Shown: piece after piece, positions 27,482 to 38,177 of the stretch
Position numbering within the stretch: position 1 is the first letter of the stretch
How the letters are laid out: the number at the start of each line of letters is the position of its first letter
Origin: an uncultured Acidobacterium sp.
Lineage (GTDB): Bacteria; Acidobacteriota; Vicinamibacteria; Vicinamibacterales; UBA2999
NCBI GenBank assembly: GCA_964350785.1
Contig: CAYGMD010000001.1
Span: forward strand, 6,853-70,852
Length of the DNA stretch: 64,000 nucleotides
Reading direction: 5' to 3'
Position numbers and translations under genes: made by a program
The notes under the pieces: generated by a model
What the model was told of the DNA's origin: nothing
The model's input: the letters and a program-made list of their open reading frames with translations, nothing else
Databases searched by the model: none

Positions 27482-27521
27482 CCAGCCTTGCACTGGGAAA
27501 TCCAGCCTTGCACTGGGAAAT
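27482..27521. repeat. perfect 20-bp tandem duplication in a divergent intergenic region
   Basis: CCAGCCTTGCACTGGGAAAT occurs twice. Read on the minus strand, the junction gives TGGATT-TCCCA-GTGCA (27489..27504), a -24/-12-like element facing the Usp gene. Confidence 0.8.
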
Positions 27522-27638
27522 AACGCCGGGATCGGGGAGATTTCCCGCGCAAACCCGCGGCAATCCGGCCGGTCACCGGGGCCGGGCATCGGCACGCCTT
27601 TCGCTTCGCATGGGTTGGATTCCCCTTGGAGGTGTGAG

Positions 27639-28646
27639 ATGCCGTTTGCCAAATCCCTCTTGCGGCCCGCCTTCGCGGTGTTTGTGATCGCCCATGGCCT
27701 GGCGCATGCGGTGCTGCCCATGCGCGGCTGGATGAACCCCGAGACGCTCGGCCGGGACTTCATGCCCGTGGTCCTCTACGGCGTGGCGATTCTCGGCTAC
27801 GCCGTCGCCGGCCTCGGCATTGCCGGCGTGCGGCCGTTCCCGGCGGCCGTCCGGCCGCTGATGGTGATCGCGCCCGTCTACTCACTGGTCGCGCTCTCGC
27901 GCATGGGCCACGGCGACCTCTGGTGGGTCGCCGCGGTCGACGTGATGTTGTTGATGGTCGGCCTGACCGGGGCATACCATTACCTGCCGGCGCCACGTGC
28001 CCACGGCCGCCTGCATCACGCGGTCGGCCTGGCCGCGGCCGTCGCCTTCCTGGTCTATGCGACCGGCGCGGCGGCGTTGTGGCCGCTGCACCGGGCCTGG
28101 GGCTCCCGCCCGGGCGAACACGCCATGGCCCTGCCGGGCGATGCGCCCGATCGCAACCCGTCTCTGGAGATTCAGCATGCCGTCACGGTGAACGCGCCGC
28201 CCGAGGCGGTGTGGCCGTGGCTGGTGCAGCTGGGCCAGGACCGGGCCGGCTTCTACAGCTACGACTGGCTGGAGCGGGCCTTCGGCGTCGACGTGCACAA
28301 CGTCACCGAGATCCGCCCCGAGTGGCAACACCGCGCCCCAGGCGACCGCGTGCGCGCAACGCAGCCCAATTACCTGGGCGGCGTGCTCGGGCGCGACCTG
28401 GGCTGGACGGTCAGCGACCTGCAGCCGGGCCGGGCCCTGGTGCTGCACCAGTGGGGTGCCTTCGTGCTCATGCCCACGGAGGACGGCAAAACCCGCTTCA
28501 TCATCCGCACGCGCATCGGCGACCAGCGGACGCCGGTGTGGGCGGCCGCGCTCGATGTCATGACGTTCGGGCTGCCCCACTTCATCATGGAGCGCCGGAT
28601 GATGCTGCGGATCAAGGCGCTGGCGGAAGGAGGACAAACCACATGA
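27639..28646 (+). CDS. membrane-anchored SRPBCC-domain protein
   Basis: ATG at aa 93 of ORF 27363..28646, after GGAGGTG. The N-terminal half has about 5 TM helices. The C-terminal half carries ..VNAPPEAVWPWLVQLGQDRAGFYSYDWLE... Confidence 0.65.
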   Translation: MPFAKSLLRPAFAVFVIAHGLAHAVLPMRGWMNPETLGRDFMPVVLYGVAILGYAVAGLGIAGVRPFPAAVRPLMVIAPVYSLVALSRMGHGDLWWVAAVDVMLLMVGLTGAYHYLPAPRAHGRLHHAVGLAAAVAFLVYATGAAALWPLHRAWGSRPGEHAMALPGDAPDRNPSLEIQHAVTVNAPPEAVWPWLVQLGQDRAGFYSYDWLERAFGVDVHNVTEIRPEWQHRAPGDRVRATQPNYLGGVLGRDLGWTVSDLQPGRALVLHQWGAFVLMPTEDGKTRFIIRTRIGDQRTPVWAAALDVMTFGLPHFIMERRMMLRIKALAEGGQTT

Positions 28647-29365
28647 CCTCGCGTCGTTCGCTCGCCACCGTCGGTGGCGGCATGGCCATTGGCGCCAGCC
28701 TGGCGGCCCTCGGCTATGCCGGCCTCGTCGCCTATCATCGCGCGCGTTACGGCACGGTCCTGCCCCGGACCAACGGCGACAGCCTGCTGCTCGATCGCTT
28801 CATTCCCACGCCGGAAGTGATCGAGCACCATCGCGTGCCGATTGCCGCGCCCGCCGAAACCGTATTGAGCACGGCGCGCAGCCTCGAGCTGTTCAACTCG
28901 CGGCTGGTGCGGGCCATCATCAAGGCGCGGCAATTGGCGCTCGGCGGCCAGCTTGACGGCCGCCGGCATCCCCCCGCGCTGGTCCCGCAGATGCAATCGA
29001 TCGGCTGGGTGATCCTGGCCGAGCGCGCCGGCCGGGAAATCGTGCTCGGCGCGGTCACGCAGCCGTGGGAAGCCGCCCCGGTGTTCCGCTCGATCCCGCC
29101 CGGCGAGTTCACGGCCTTTCGCGAACCCGGCTACGTGAAGATTGCCTGGACCCTGCGGGCCGAACCCCTGGACGGCCGCCACTCGATGTTCCACACCGAG
29201 ACGCGCGTCGCGACCACCGATCAGCAAACCCGCAAGCGCTTCCGTTCGTACTGGTCGTACGTCGCGCCGGGCGTCGAGTTGATCAGGCTGGCCATGTTGG
29301 GGCCGCTGAAGAAGGCCGCAGAGACGGCCGCGGATTCGGAGGGCCACAGATTAAACACAGATTAG
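28643..29365 (+). CDS. membrane-anchored hypothetical protein, SRPBCC-like C-terminal domain
   Basis: ATGA overlap with the upstream gene. Sequence MTSRRSLATVGGGMAIGASLAALGYAGLVAY.., then ..GAVTQPWEAAPVFRSIPPGEFTAF.. and ..MFHTETRVATTD... Confidence 0.6.
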   Translation: MTSRRSLATVGGGMAIGASLAALGYAGLVAYHRARYGTVLPRTNGDSLLLDRFIPTPEVIEHHRVPIAAPAETVLSTARSLELFNSRLVRAIIKARQLALGGQLDGRRHPPALVPQMQSIGWVILAERAGREIVLGAVTQPWEAAPVFRSIPPGEFTAFREPGYVKIAWTLRAEPLDGRHSMFHTETRVATTDQQTRKRFRSYWSYVAPGVELIRLAMLGPLKKAAETAADSEGHRLNTD

Positions 29366-29421
29366 ACACAGACGAATCCGCCTCATCGTTGACACAACGA
29401 ACCCTCTTCATCGTTGGCACA
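29345..29421. repeat. short direct repeats in a convergent intergenic region
   Basis: CACAGATTA(AA) CACAGATTA(GA) CACAGACGA with an 11-bp period, then CTCATCGTTGACACA / TTCATCGTTGGCACA 25 bp apart. GC is visibly lower here. Confidence 0.5.
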
Positions 29422-29456
29422 GGCCAATCCTCCGGAACCAAGACCTGTGTACATCG

Positions 29457-30501
29457 CTAGCAGATGCGCGGCAGTTGCTCGCCGCTCAGCATGTCGACCA
29501 CGCGAGTCGCGCCGATGCGGCTCTTCAGCGTCACCAAGCCACGCGGGTGGTCCGACACGACACCGATGGCGCAGGCGTCGGCGCTGACGGCGTGCTGGCG
29601 CAGGATCTCGAGCGCGCGCGCGGCTTCGGCCGCCGGCACGAAGGCGATGAACCGCCCCTCGTTGGCGACATAAAGCGGATCGAAGCCGAGAATCTCGCAC
29701 GCGCCGCGCACGTCCTCGCGGATGGCAATGGCGTGCTCGTCCATGCGGATGTGCAGGCCGGTGGTCTCGGCGATCTCCACGGTGGCGCTCGCCACCCCGC
29801 CGCGGGTGAGGTCACGCAGGCAATGGATGGTGACGCCCGCCGCAATCAGGGCGAGCACCGGCGCCGCCAGCGGCGCGCAATCGCTTTCGATCGCCGACTC
29901 GAACTGCAGCCCCTCGCGGGCCGCCATCACGGCCATGCCGTGGCGGCCGATGTCGCCCGAGAGCAGCACGGCGTCGCCGGGCTGCACGCTCGCGGGGGCA
30001 ATCACGCCGTCGTACTCGATCACCCCGACCCCGGCCGTCGTCACGTACACCCCGTCGCCCTTCCCGCGGTCCACGACCTTGGTGTCGCCGGTGACCACGG
30101 TGACGCCGGCCTCGCGCGCGGCGGCCTGCATCGACTGGACGATGCGCCGCAGGCTGTCCATGGGCAGGCCCTCTTCGATGACGAAGCCGGCGCTCAGGAA
30201 CTGCGGCCGGGCGCCGCACATGGCCAGGTCGTTGACGGTGCCGTTAATCGCCAGCGTGCCGATGTCGCCGCCGGGGAAGAACATGGGCCGGACGACGTAC
30301 GAGTCGGTCGAGAACGCCAGGCGCGTGCCGGCCAGGTGGAGGTGCGCGCCGTCGTGGTGCGCGTGGTGCGACGGATCGCCGAACGCTGGCAGGAACAGGC
30401 TGTCGATCAACTGGTTGGTGAGCCTCCCGCCGCCGCCATGCGCCATCAGCACGTGCGTGTGATCGCCAATCGGCACCGCGCAGGTGGGGCCTGCGGACAG
30501 G

Positions 30502-30512
<11 letters not shown>
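29457..30512 (-). CDS. hypE: hydrogenase expression/formation protein HypE
   Basis: Start at [14 protein letters not shown]... AIR-synthase-like fold motifs. Diagnostic C-terminus ..GEQLPRIC. Confidence 0.95.
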
Positions 30513-31625
<1,113 letters not shown>

Positions 31626-31629
<4 letters not shown>

Positions 31630-31883
31630 GACCCTTCCCCTTCCTCGAGCTCGGCCAGCTCGCCCATCTGCTCGAGATAGGTGAACACCTGGCGCGCCTC
31701 GTCCTCGTCGACCGTCGAGATGGCAAAGCCCACGTGCACCAGCACGAAGTTGCCGACCACCGCGTCGGGCACGTAACTGAGATTCACGCGCTTCACCACG
31801 CCGGCGAAGTCGACCCGGCCGCTGCGGAGCACGGGGTCGTCACCGTCGATCGTGAGGATGCGTCCAGGGATGGCGAGACACAT
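31626..31883 (-). CDS. hypC: HypC/HybG/HupF-family hydrogenase assembly chaperone
   Basis: Start is [12 protein letters not shown].. (the essential N-terminal Cys2) after AAGGAGAG. ATGA overlap with hypD. Confidence 0.9.
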
Positions 31884-34183
31884 TGAGGGCTCTCCTTGGC
31901 TCGAAGACAGGCGGCGATTTGTCCCAGGGCGATGCCGCCGTCGTTGGGCGGCACGCGCTGGTGCCAGTACGGCCGGAACCCGGCCTGGCGCAGCCTCGTG
32001 ACGGCGCGCTCCACGAGATACCGGTTCTGAAAGCACCCGCCGCTCAGCACGACGGCGGTCTCGCCGGCGGTCTCGGCGGTGGCCAGGATCATATCGGCCA
32101 TGGCGTTGTGGGCGCGCGCGGCGATGATCCCGACCGCGACTCCCCTCGCGGCATCGTCAACCACGGCCCGCACCATGGGCGCCCAGTCGATCACCAGGCG
32201 CGGCGCCTGCCACGTGCCGATGGCGAAACGATGCCCCCGCTCGGTGAGCGCGAAGGGATAAGCGTCGCTGACGCCAGGCGCGATCGCAAACTCCAGGTCC
32301 ATGGCCGCCTGCCCCTCGAAGCTCGATCGCTGGCGGAGGCCGGCCAGCGACGCGATCGCGTCGAACAGCCGGCCCGCGCTCGTCGTGACGGGCGCGTTCA
32401 GCCCTCGCCCCATCGCGTCGATCAGCAGGAGGGATTCGCCGGCCGTGAAGGCCGCGGCGGCCGCCGGCGCGACGGGCGCCGCCGTCTCGCGGGCGATGGC
32501 GTGCAGGGCCCCCAGCGCCGAGCGGCGGGGCTCCTTGATCGCGCGATCGCCGCCGGGCAGCTGGAAGGGCCGCAGGCAGGCGACTCGCGTGAACGAGGCC
32601 GCATCCACGGCGAAGAACTCGCCGCCCCAGACCGTGCCATCGAGGCCGTAACCCGTGCCGTCCCAGGCCACGCCGAGCGCGCGGCCATCGAGCTGGTTCT
32701 CGGCCATGCAGGCCGCGACATGCGCCACGTGATGCTGAACATGCGTGACCGGCAGGCCGAGCGACGCCGCGTGCCGGGTCGATCGATAGTCGGGATGCCG
32801 GTCGGCGACGACGGCGACGGGCGTGATCCCGTACAGGCACTGGAGATCGCCAATCACCTGGACGAACGCCGCGCTCGCCTCGACCGATTCGAGATCGCCG
32901 ATGTGCTGGCTGACGATCACCTCGCCGCCGTTGGCCAGCGCCACGCTGTTCTTGAGATGCGCACCGACCGCGAGCAGCGGCGGTGACGACGGCGCGATGG
33001 GTACCGGGAGCGGGGCGTAGCCGCGCGCCCGGCGCAGCACCAGCTCGCGATCGAGGATCACGCGGACAATCGAATCGTCCACGTTCCGGACGATGGGGCG
33101 ATCGTGCACGAGGAACAGGTCGGCAATCGCGCCGAGACGGTCTACGGCCTCGCGTTCATCGGTGCAGATGGGCTCATCGGCCCGGTTGCCGCTGGTGGCC
33201 ACCACCGGTCCGCCGAGGTCACCCAGCAGCAACGCGTGGAGGGGCGTGTACGGCAGCATCACGCCGAGATTGGGATTGCCGGGCGCCACGGCCGGCGCCA
33301 GTCCCGGCCCGGCATGGCTGCGCCTGGCGAGCAGCACGATCGGCGCCTCCGCCGACGTCAGCAGCCGGCGCTCCGGGGCCGTCACGACGCAGTCGCGATC
33401 CAGCGATGCCAGGTCCGGGTACATCACGGCGAACGGCTTCTCTTCGCGGTGCTTGCGGGCGCGCAAGCGCCGGATGGCCTTTTCGTTGGCGGCATCGGCA
33501 ACGAGGTGGAACCCGCCCAGGCCCTTGACGGCGACAATCTTCCCGTCGCGAATCGCGCTGACCGCCGCGCGCGCGGCCGCGTCGGCCGCCGCGAATGGCC
33601 GGCCGGACGCGTCCCAGGCGGCGAGGCCCGGGCCGCAGCGCGGGCAGGCATTCGGCTGCGCATGGAACCGCCGGTCGCAGGGGTCGTGGTATTCGCGCTG
33701 GCACTCGAGGCACATCGTGAACCGGCGCATCGACGTGTGGTCGCGGTCGTACGGCATCGCGTGGATGATGCTGAACCGCGGGCCGCAGTTGGTGCAGTTG
33801 GTGAACGGGTAGCGGTAGCGGCGGTCGGCGGGGTCGAACACCTCGCGGCGGCAGTCATCGCACAACGCGAGGTCAGGCAGCACGAGTGTCGAGAACGCAC
33901 CGTCGCGGACGCTGTCGAGGATCTGGAAACCCGAGTGGCCGGCCGGGTCGAGCCACGACGCTTCGAGGGTGTGAATCGCGGCGTGTGGCGGCCGCTCGCC
34001 GGTCAGGCGGGATCGAAATACGTCCAGGTCCTGGCGGCGGCCCTCCACTTCGATGACGACGCCCAGGGTCGAGTTGCGGACCCAGCCGTCGAGCCGCAGG
34101 TCGCCGGCCAGGCGGTAGACGAATGGGCGAAAGCCGACGCCCTGAACGGCACCCCGGACCGCGAGCCGCAGGCGTTCACGCAT
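31793..34183 (-). CDS. hypF: carbamoyltransferase HypF
   Basis: Acylphosphatase-like N-terminus (..[19 protein letters not shown]..), two CxxC zinc-finger pairs, and YrdC-like and Kae1-like domains. Its 3' end overlaps hypC by 91 nt. Confidence 0.95.
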   Translation of the reverse strand: MRERLRLAVRGAVQGVGFRPFVYRLAGDLRLDGWVRNSTLGVVIEVEGRRQDLDVFRSRLTGERPPHAAIHTLEASWLDPAGHSGFQILDSVRDGAFSTLVLPDLALCDDCRREVFDPADRRYRYPFTNCTNCGPRFSIIHAMPYDRDHTSMRRFTMCLECQREYHDPCDRRFHAQPNACPRCGPGLAAWDASGRPFAAADAAARAAVSAIRDGKIVAVKGLGGFHLVADAANEKAIRRLRARKHREEKPFAVMYPDLASLDRDCVVTAPERRLLTSAEAPIVLLARRSHAGPGLAPAVAPGNPNLGVMLPYTPLHALLLGDLGGPVVATSGNRADEPICTDEREAVDRLGAIADLFLVHDRPIVRNVDDSIVRVILDRELVLRRARGYAPLPVPIAPSSPPLLAVGAHLKNSVALANGGEVIVSQHIGDLESVEASAAFVQVIGDLQCLYGITPVAVVADRHPDYRSTRHAASLGLPVTHVQHHVAHVAACMAENQLDGRALGVAWDGTGYGLDGTVWGGEFFAVDAASFTRVACLRPFQLPGGDRAIKEPRRSALGALHAIARETAAPVAPAAAAAFTAGESLLLIDAMGRGLNAPVTTSAGRLFDAIASLAGLRQRSSFEGQAAMDLEFAIAPGVSDAYPFALTERGHRFAIGTWQAPRLVIDWAPMVRAVVDDAARGVAVGIIAARAHNAMADMILATAETAGETAVVLSGGCFQNRYLVERAVTRLRQAGFRPYWHQRVPPNDGGIALGQIAACLRAKESPQCVSPSLDASSRSTVTTPCSAAAGSTSPAW

Positions 34184-34835
34184 GGCCGGCCGTCAGTCTT
34201 GCCATCAGCCAGTCACCCCATTCGGCGACGCCAAAGCGCGAGGTCGCGGCGGTTTCGAAGATCACCAGGCGCGGATTGATCTGCCGGGCATGCCGTTTGA
34301 TCTCGGCAATGTCCACGGTCACGTAAGGGAGCAGGTCGACCTTGTTGATGATCAGGACCGAGGCCTTTCGGAACATCGCCGGATACTTCAACGGCTTGTC
34401 AGCGCCTTCGGTGGTGCTGAGCACAACGACCTTGAGGGTTTCGCCGAGGTCGAAGTTGGCCGGGCACACCAGGTTGCCGACGTTTTCGATGAACAGCAGG
34501 TCGACCTGGTCGAGGTTGAGGCTGGCGACGGCGTCGGCGACGAGGTTGGCTTCAAGATGGCAGCCACCGTTGGTCACGATTTGCACCACGGGTACGTGGT
34601 ACTTCGCGACCCGCTGCGCATCGATGTCGGTCTGGACGTCGCCTTCGACCACCGCGATGCGGGCGCGATCGCGCAACTGTTCGATGGTGGCCTCGAGCAG
34701 CGTGGTCTTGCCGGCGCCGGGCGAGCTGAGGATGTTCACCGCCAGCACCCCGTTGCGCGCGAACAGCTCGCGGTTGACGGCCGCCAGCTCGTCGTTTTTC
34801 TGCAGGACCTTGCGTTCGATCGTGACCACGCTCAT
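34176..34835 (-). CDS. hypB: hydrogenase nickel-incorporation GTPase HypB
   Basis: ..NILSSPGAGKTTLLE.. P-loop, ..CHLEA.., ..ENVGNLVCPA.. and ..INKVDL.. motifs. Confidence 0.95.
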   Translation of the reverse strand: MSVVTIERKVLQKNDELAAVNRELFARNGVLAVNILSSPGAGKTTLLEATIEQLRDRARIAVVEGDVQTDIDAQRVAKYHVPVVQIVTNGGCHLEANLVADAVASLNLDQVDLLFIENVGNLVCPANFDLGETLKVVVLSTTEGADKPLKYPAMFRKASVLIINKVDLLPYVTVDIAEIKRHARQINPRLVIFETAATSRFGVAEWGDWLMARLTAGHA

Positions 34836-35194
34836 GACGCCCTCTCCCTCGCGTCGTCGAGCTCGACGTCCACGACGTGAAGCTCGTCACCGTGCCGGAT
34901 CGCCATGCCGAGCGCTCCGCACGACGGGCACACGAACTGCGCGCCCGACAGCCCGGTCACCCGGCCACATTCGCTGCAGACCGCCTCGGCCGGCACGCGA
35001 TCGATTTCGAGCACCGCCGCGGCATACGGCGTGCCGGCCACGATGGCGGCGAAGCAGAACGCGAGGGAATCCGGCACCACGCCCGCCAGGTCGCCCACCC
35101 GCACGCGGACCGCGCGCACCCGCGCGGCATCGGCGTCGCGCACGTTGTGCTGGACGATGTCGAGGATGCCGGCGGCGAGCGTCAGTTCATGCAT
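34832..35194 (-). CDS. hypA: hydrogenase maturation nickel metallochaperone HypA
   Basis: Start is MHELTLAAGILDIV.. (the MHE nickel-binding N-terminus). CxxC..CPxC zinc site (CSECG.. / CPSCG..). Confidence 0.9.
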   Translation of the reverse strand: MHELTLAAGILDIVQHNVRDADAARVRAVRVRVGDLAGVVPDSLAFCFAAIVAGTPYAAAVLEIDRVPAEAVCSECGRVTGLSGAQFVCPSCGALGMAIRHGDELHVVDVELDDARERAS

Positions 35195-35753
35195 CGCGGG
35201 CCTCCGAGACGGCGGCGAGCCGTCCCACGTCCACGGCATCGCCGTCGGCCGACGCAAAGGCCACGGCTTTCGGCCGGAACGGGAAGCCCAGCGTTGCGGC
35301 CTCGTCGGCGACGCGGGCGACGAGGTGGTCGAGCCCGCCGGCCACGGCCGGCGTCAGGCCAATGCCCAGTTCGATCGATTGCGGCACCAGCCCGAGCAGG
35401 ACAACGCGCGCGGGGTAGCGATCGAGCCAGCGGGCGCCGTCCAGCAGGTCGGCGACCCCCACCTGGTGGGGCGACAGCCGGGCGGCGACTGCCGGCGGGA
35501 CCTCGTCGCCGTCGAGGCGCACGAAGCTGCCCGGCGCCTCGTCGGCGCGAACGGCATCCACCAGGATCAGCGCATCGGCCTGGTCGAGGTACGGCAGCAG
35601 CGACAACCCCAGCGTGCCGCCGTCGAACACCCGCACGCCGGCCGGCGCGTCGTAGCGATCGCGCAGCCGCGTCACGGCCGCCGACCCGACGCCGTCGTCC
35701 TCGAGCAGCACGTTGCCGAGGCCCAGCACCAGCAGTGGCGTGCGTTCATTCAT
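35187..35753 (-). CDS. HyaD/HybD-family hydrogenase maturation endopeptidase
   Basis: ..LVLGLGNVLLEDDGVG.., ..LILVDAV.. and ..SPHQVGV.. motifs. Confidence 0.9.
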   Translation of the reverse strand: MNERTPLLVLGLGNVLLEDDGVGSAAVTRLRDRYDAPAGVRVFDGGTLGLSLLPYLDQADALILVDAVRADEAPGSFVRLDGDEVPPAVAARLSPHQVGVADLLDGARWLDRYPARVVLLGLVPQSIELGIGLTPAVAGGLDHLVARVADEAATLGFPFRPKAVAFASADGDAVDVGRLAAVSEARDA

Positions 35754-36474
35754 CGAGCTGGCCCTTCCGGTTGATGAAGCGATAGCCGGAATGCACGAGG
35801 TCTTCCGGCGGGACGAACTTGTAGCCCGAGAAGATCGACTCCATGGTGGCGTTGGCCTCGACGGTGGACATCAGGACGGCACTGTAGACGTGATGCACGG
35901 CGAAGCCGAGGAGCAGCCACATCACCGCGTGATGAATCCAGCGCACGACCTGCACGCCGCCGAGGAGCGGGGCCAGCGACGCGAACCAGGCAACCGGGGA
36001 GCCGACGTCGGCGCTGCCGCTGCGCAGGGTCAGCCCGGTGAGGATGGCCACGAAGTAAAGGCCGAACACCAGGGTGTAGGTGGCGCCCGCGACGGGATTG
36101 TGGCCGACGAAGCCGGGCGGCTTGCGCATGGCGAACAGGTAAAACTTGATGGTCGGCCACAGGCCGTGGCGCCGCAACGGGTGGACGGGCACGAACTTGT
36201 CCCAGCGCGCGTACTTGTTGCCGGTGAACATCCAGATGATCCGCATGGTCACCGCCGCGATGAAGACATACGCGGTGTAGCCGTGGATCACCTTGACCCA
36301 GCCCATGAAGAACGAGTCACCGGCCGGGCCGGGTACCGTGACGTAGGGGCGGCCGATGTAGAAGCCGGTCATCGCGAGCACGACGATCGACAGGGCGATC
36401 AGCCAGTGCGAGACCCGCACCGGGACCTCCCACACGTAGACCTGAACGCGCCGGGTCGAAGCGACGGCGGTCAT
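35746..36474 (-). CDS. cybH: Ni/Fe-hydrogenase b-type cytochrome subunit
   Basis: Start is MTAVASTRRVQVYVWEVPVRVSHWLIALSIVVLAMTGFYIG.., aa 71 of ORF 35746..36684. Four TM helices with conserved His. ATGA overlap with the large subunit. Confidence 0.9.
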   Translation of the reverse strand: MTAVASTRRVQVYVWEVPVRVSHWLIALSIVVLAMTGFYIGRPYVTVPGPAGDSFFMGWVKVIHGYTAYVFIAAVTMRIIWMFTGNKYARWDKFVPVHPLRRHGLWPTIKFYLFAMRKPPGFVGHNPVAGATYTLVFGLYFVAILTGLTLRSGSADVGSPVAWFASLAPLLGGVQVVRWIHHAVMWLLLGFAVHHVYSAVLMSTVEANATMESIFSGYKFVPPEDLVHSGYRFINRKGQLDE

Positions 36475-38177
36475 ACCACCCTCACGCTCGCCAGGGTGCG
36501 GCGCGTGCCATCCACGACGTGGACGCCGCAGGCCATGCACGGGTCGAAGCTGTGGACCGTGCGCAGGATCTCGATCGGCCGCTCGGCGTCGGCAACGGGC
36601 GTTCCGATCAGAGCCTCCTCGTAAGGTCCGCGGCGTCCCCTGGCATCGCGGGGGCCGGCGTTCCAGGTGCTCGGCACGACGCACTGATAGTTCTGAATCA
36701 GGCCGTTGCCGATCTTCACCCAGTGCGCCAGCGCCCCGCGGGGGGCTTCATGGAACCCGGCGCCCATGGCCTCGGCCGGCCACGACGAGGGCTCCCACTT
36801 GCTGGTGTCGTGGATGCGGTAGTCGCCGGCATCCATGTTGGCGGCCAGCGCATCGACCCACTCCTCCATCTTCTCGGCCAGCAGCTGGGTCTCGATGCCC
36901 CGGGCCGCGACCCGGCCCAGCGTCGAGAACAGGGCCTCGGGACCGACGCCGAGCGCCTTGAGAACGCCGTCCACCAGCGTCTTCACGCGCGGCTGGCCCG
37001 AAACATAGGCGACCAGCATGCGGGCCAGCGGGCCCACTTCCATCGGCTCGTCGGCGTAGCGCGGCGACTTGAGCCACGAGTACTTCTTGTCGGTGTCGAG
37101 CCGCTCGTAGGGCGGCGTCGGGCCGGTGTAGTTGGGCGCGGTTTCGCCGTCGAAGGGGTGCAGCGACGCGTCGTCGCCCTTGGCGTAGTCGTACCAGGAA
37201 TGGGAGATGTACTCCGACACCTTGCTCGGATCGAACGTTTCGGTCTTGGCGATATCGCGGCCGCGGATGATGCCGCTCGGAATGAAGAGCGCGGGCGAGG
37301 CGGTGTCGTCGTCGGGATACTCGCCGTAGGCGAGGTAGTTGCCGACGCCGCGGCCGTGCCCGGCCCAGTCCTTGTAGAAGCCGGCGATCGCCAGCAGGTC
37401 CGGAATGTAGACGCGGACGACGAAGTCGCGGGCCCGCGCCACCAACTGCTTCAGCTCCGCGATCGTGCCGGCGTTGAGCGCCGACTGGCTGTTGGGATCG
37501 ATCGGCGTCGACATGCCGCCGACCAGGAAGCTCTGCAGGTGCGGGTTCTTGCCGCCGAGCACGGCGTGCAGCTTGATGAACTCGCGCTGCCAGTCGAGCG
37601 CTTCGAGGTAGTGGGCCACGGCCATCAGGTTGGCCTCGGCCGGGAGGCGATAGGCCGGGTGGCCCCAGTAGGCGTTGGCGAACGGCCCGAGCTGGCCGCG
37701 TTCCACGAACGCCTTCACGCGATCGCGGACGCCGGTGAAGTAAGTCGGGCTCGACAGCGGCCAGTCGGATATCGACTGGGCCAGCGACGCCGTCTTCGCG
37801 GGATCGGCCGACAGCGCCGACACGATGTCGACCCAGTCGAGCGCGTGCAGGTGGTAGAAGTGCACGACGTGGTCCTGCACGCACTGCGCGCCGATGATCA
37901 GGTTGCGGAGCAGCCGCACGTTCGGCGGCGGCGCCGAGCCAATGGCGTTCTCGACCGCGCGGATCGAGGCGATGGCATGCACCGTGGTGCAGACGCCGCA
38001 GATGCGCTGGGTAAACGCCCACGCGTCGCGCGGGTCGCGGCCCTTGAGGATCATCTCGATGCCGCGGAACATCGTCGACGACGACCAGGCGTCCTTGACG
38101 ACGCCGCCGTCGACTTCGGCCTCGATGCGCAGGTGGCCCTCGATGCGGGTGACCGGATCGACGATTACGCGGCTCAT
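36471..38177 (-). CDS. [NiFe]-hydrogenase large subunit (membrane-bound uptake type)
   Basis: ..DPVTRIEGHLRIE.., ..RICGVCTTVHAIAS.. and a C-terminal ..HSFDPCMACGVHVVD.. with a cleavable extension. Confidence 0.97.
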   Translation of the reverse strand: MSRVIVDPVTRIEGHLRIEAEVDGGVVKDAWSSSTMFRGIEMILKGRDPRDAWAFTQRICGVCTTVHAIASIRAVENAIGSAPPPNVRLLRNLIIGAQCVQDHVVHFYHLHALDWVDIVSALSADPAKTASLAQSISDWPLSSPTYFTGVRDRVKAFVERGQLGPFANAYWGHPAYRLPAEANLMAVAHYLEALDWQREFIKLHAVLGGKNPHLQSFLVGGMSTPIDPNSQSALNAGTIAELKQLVARARDFVVRVYIPDLLAIAGFYKDWAGHGRGVGNYLAYGEYPDDDTASPALFIPSGIIRGRDIAKTETFDPSKVSEYISHSWYDYAKGDDASLHPFDGETAPNYTGPTPPYERLDTDKKYSWLKSPRYADEPMEVGPLARMLVAYVSGQPRVKTLVDGVLKALGVGPEALFSTLGRVAARGIETQLLAEKMEEWVDALAANMDAGDYRIHDTSKWEPSSWPAEAMGAGFHEAPRGALAHWVKIGNGLIQNYQCVVPSTWNAGPRDARGRRGPYEEALIGTPVADAERPIEILRTVHSFDPCMACGVHVVDGTRRTLASVRVV

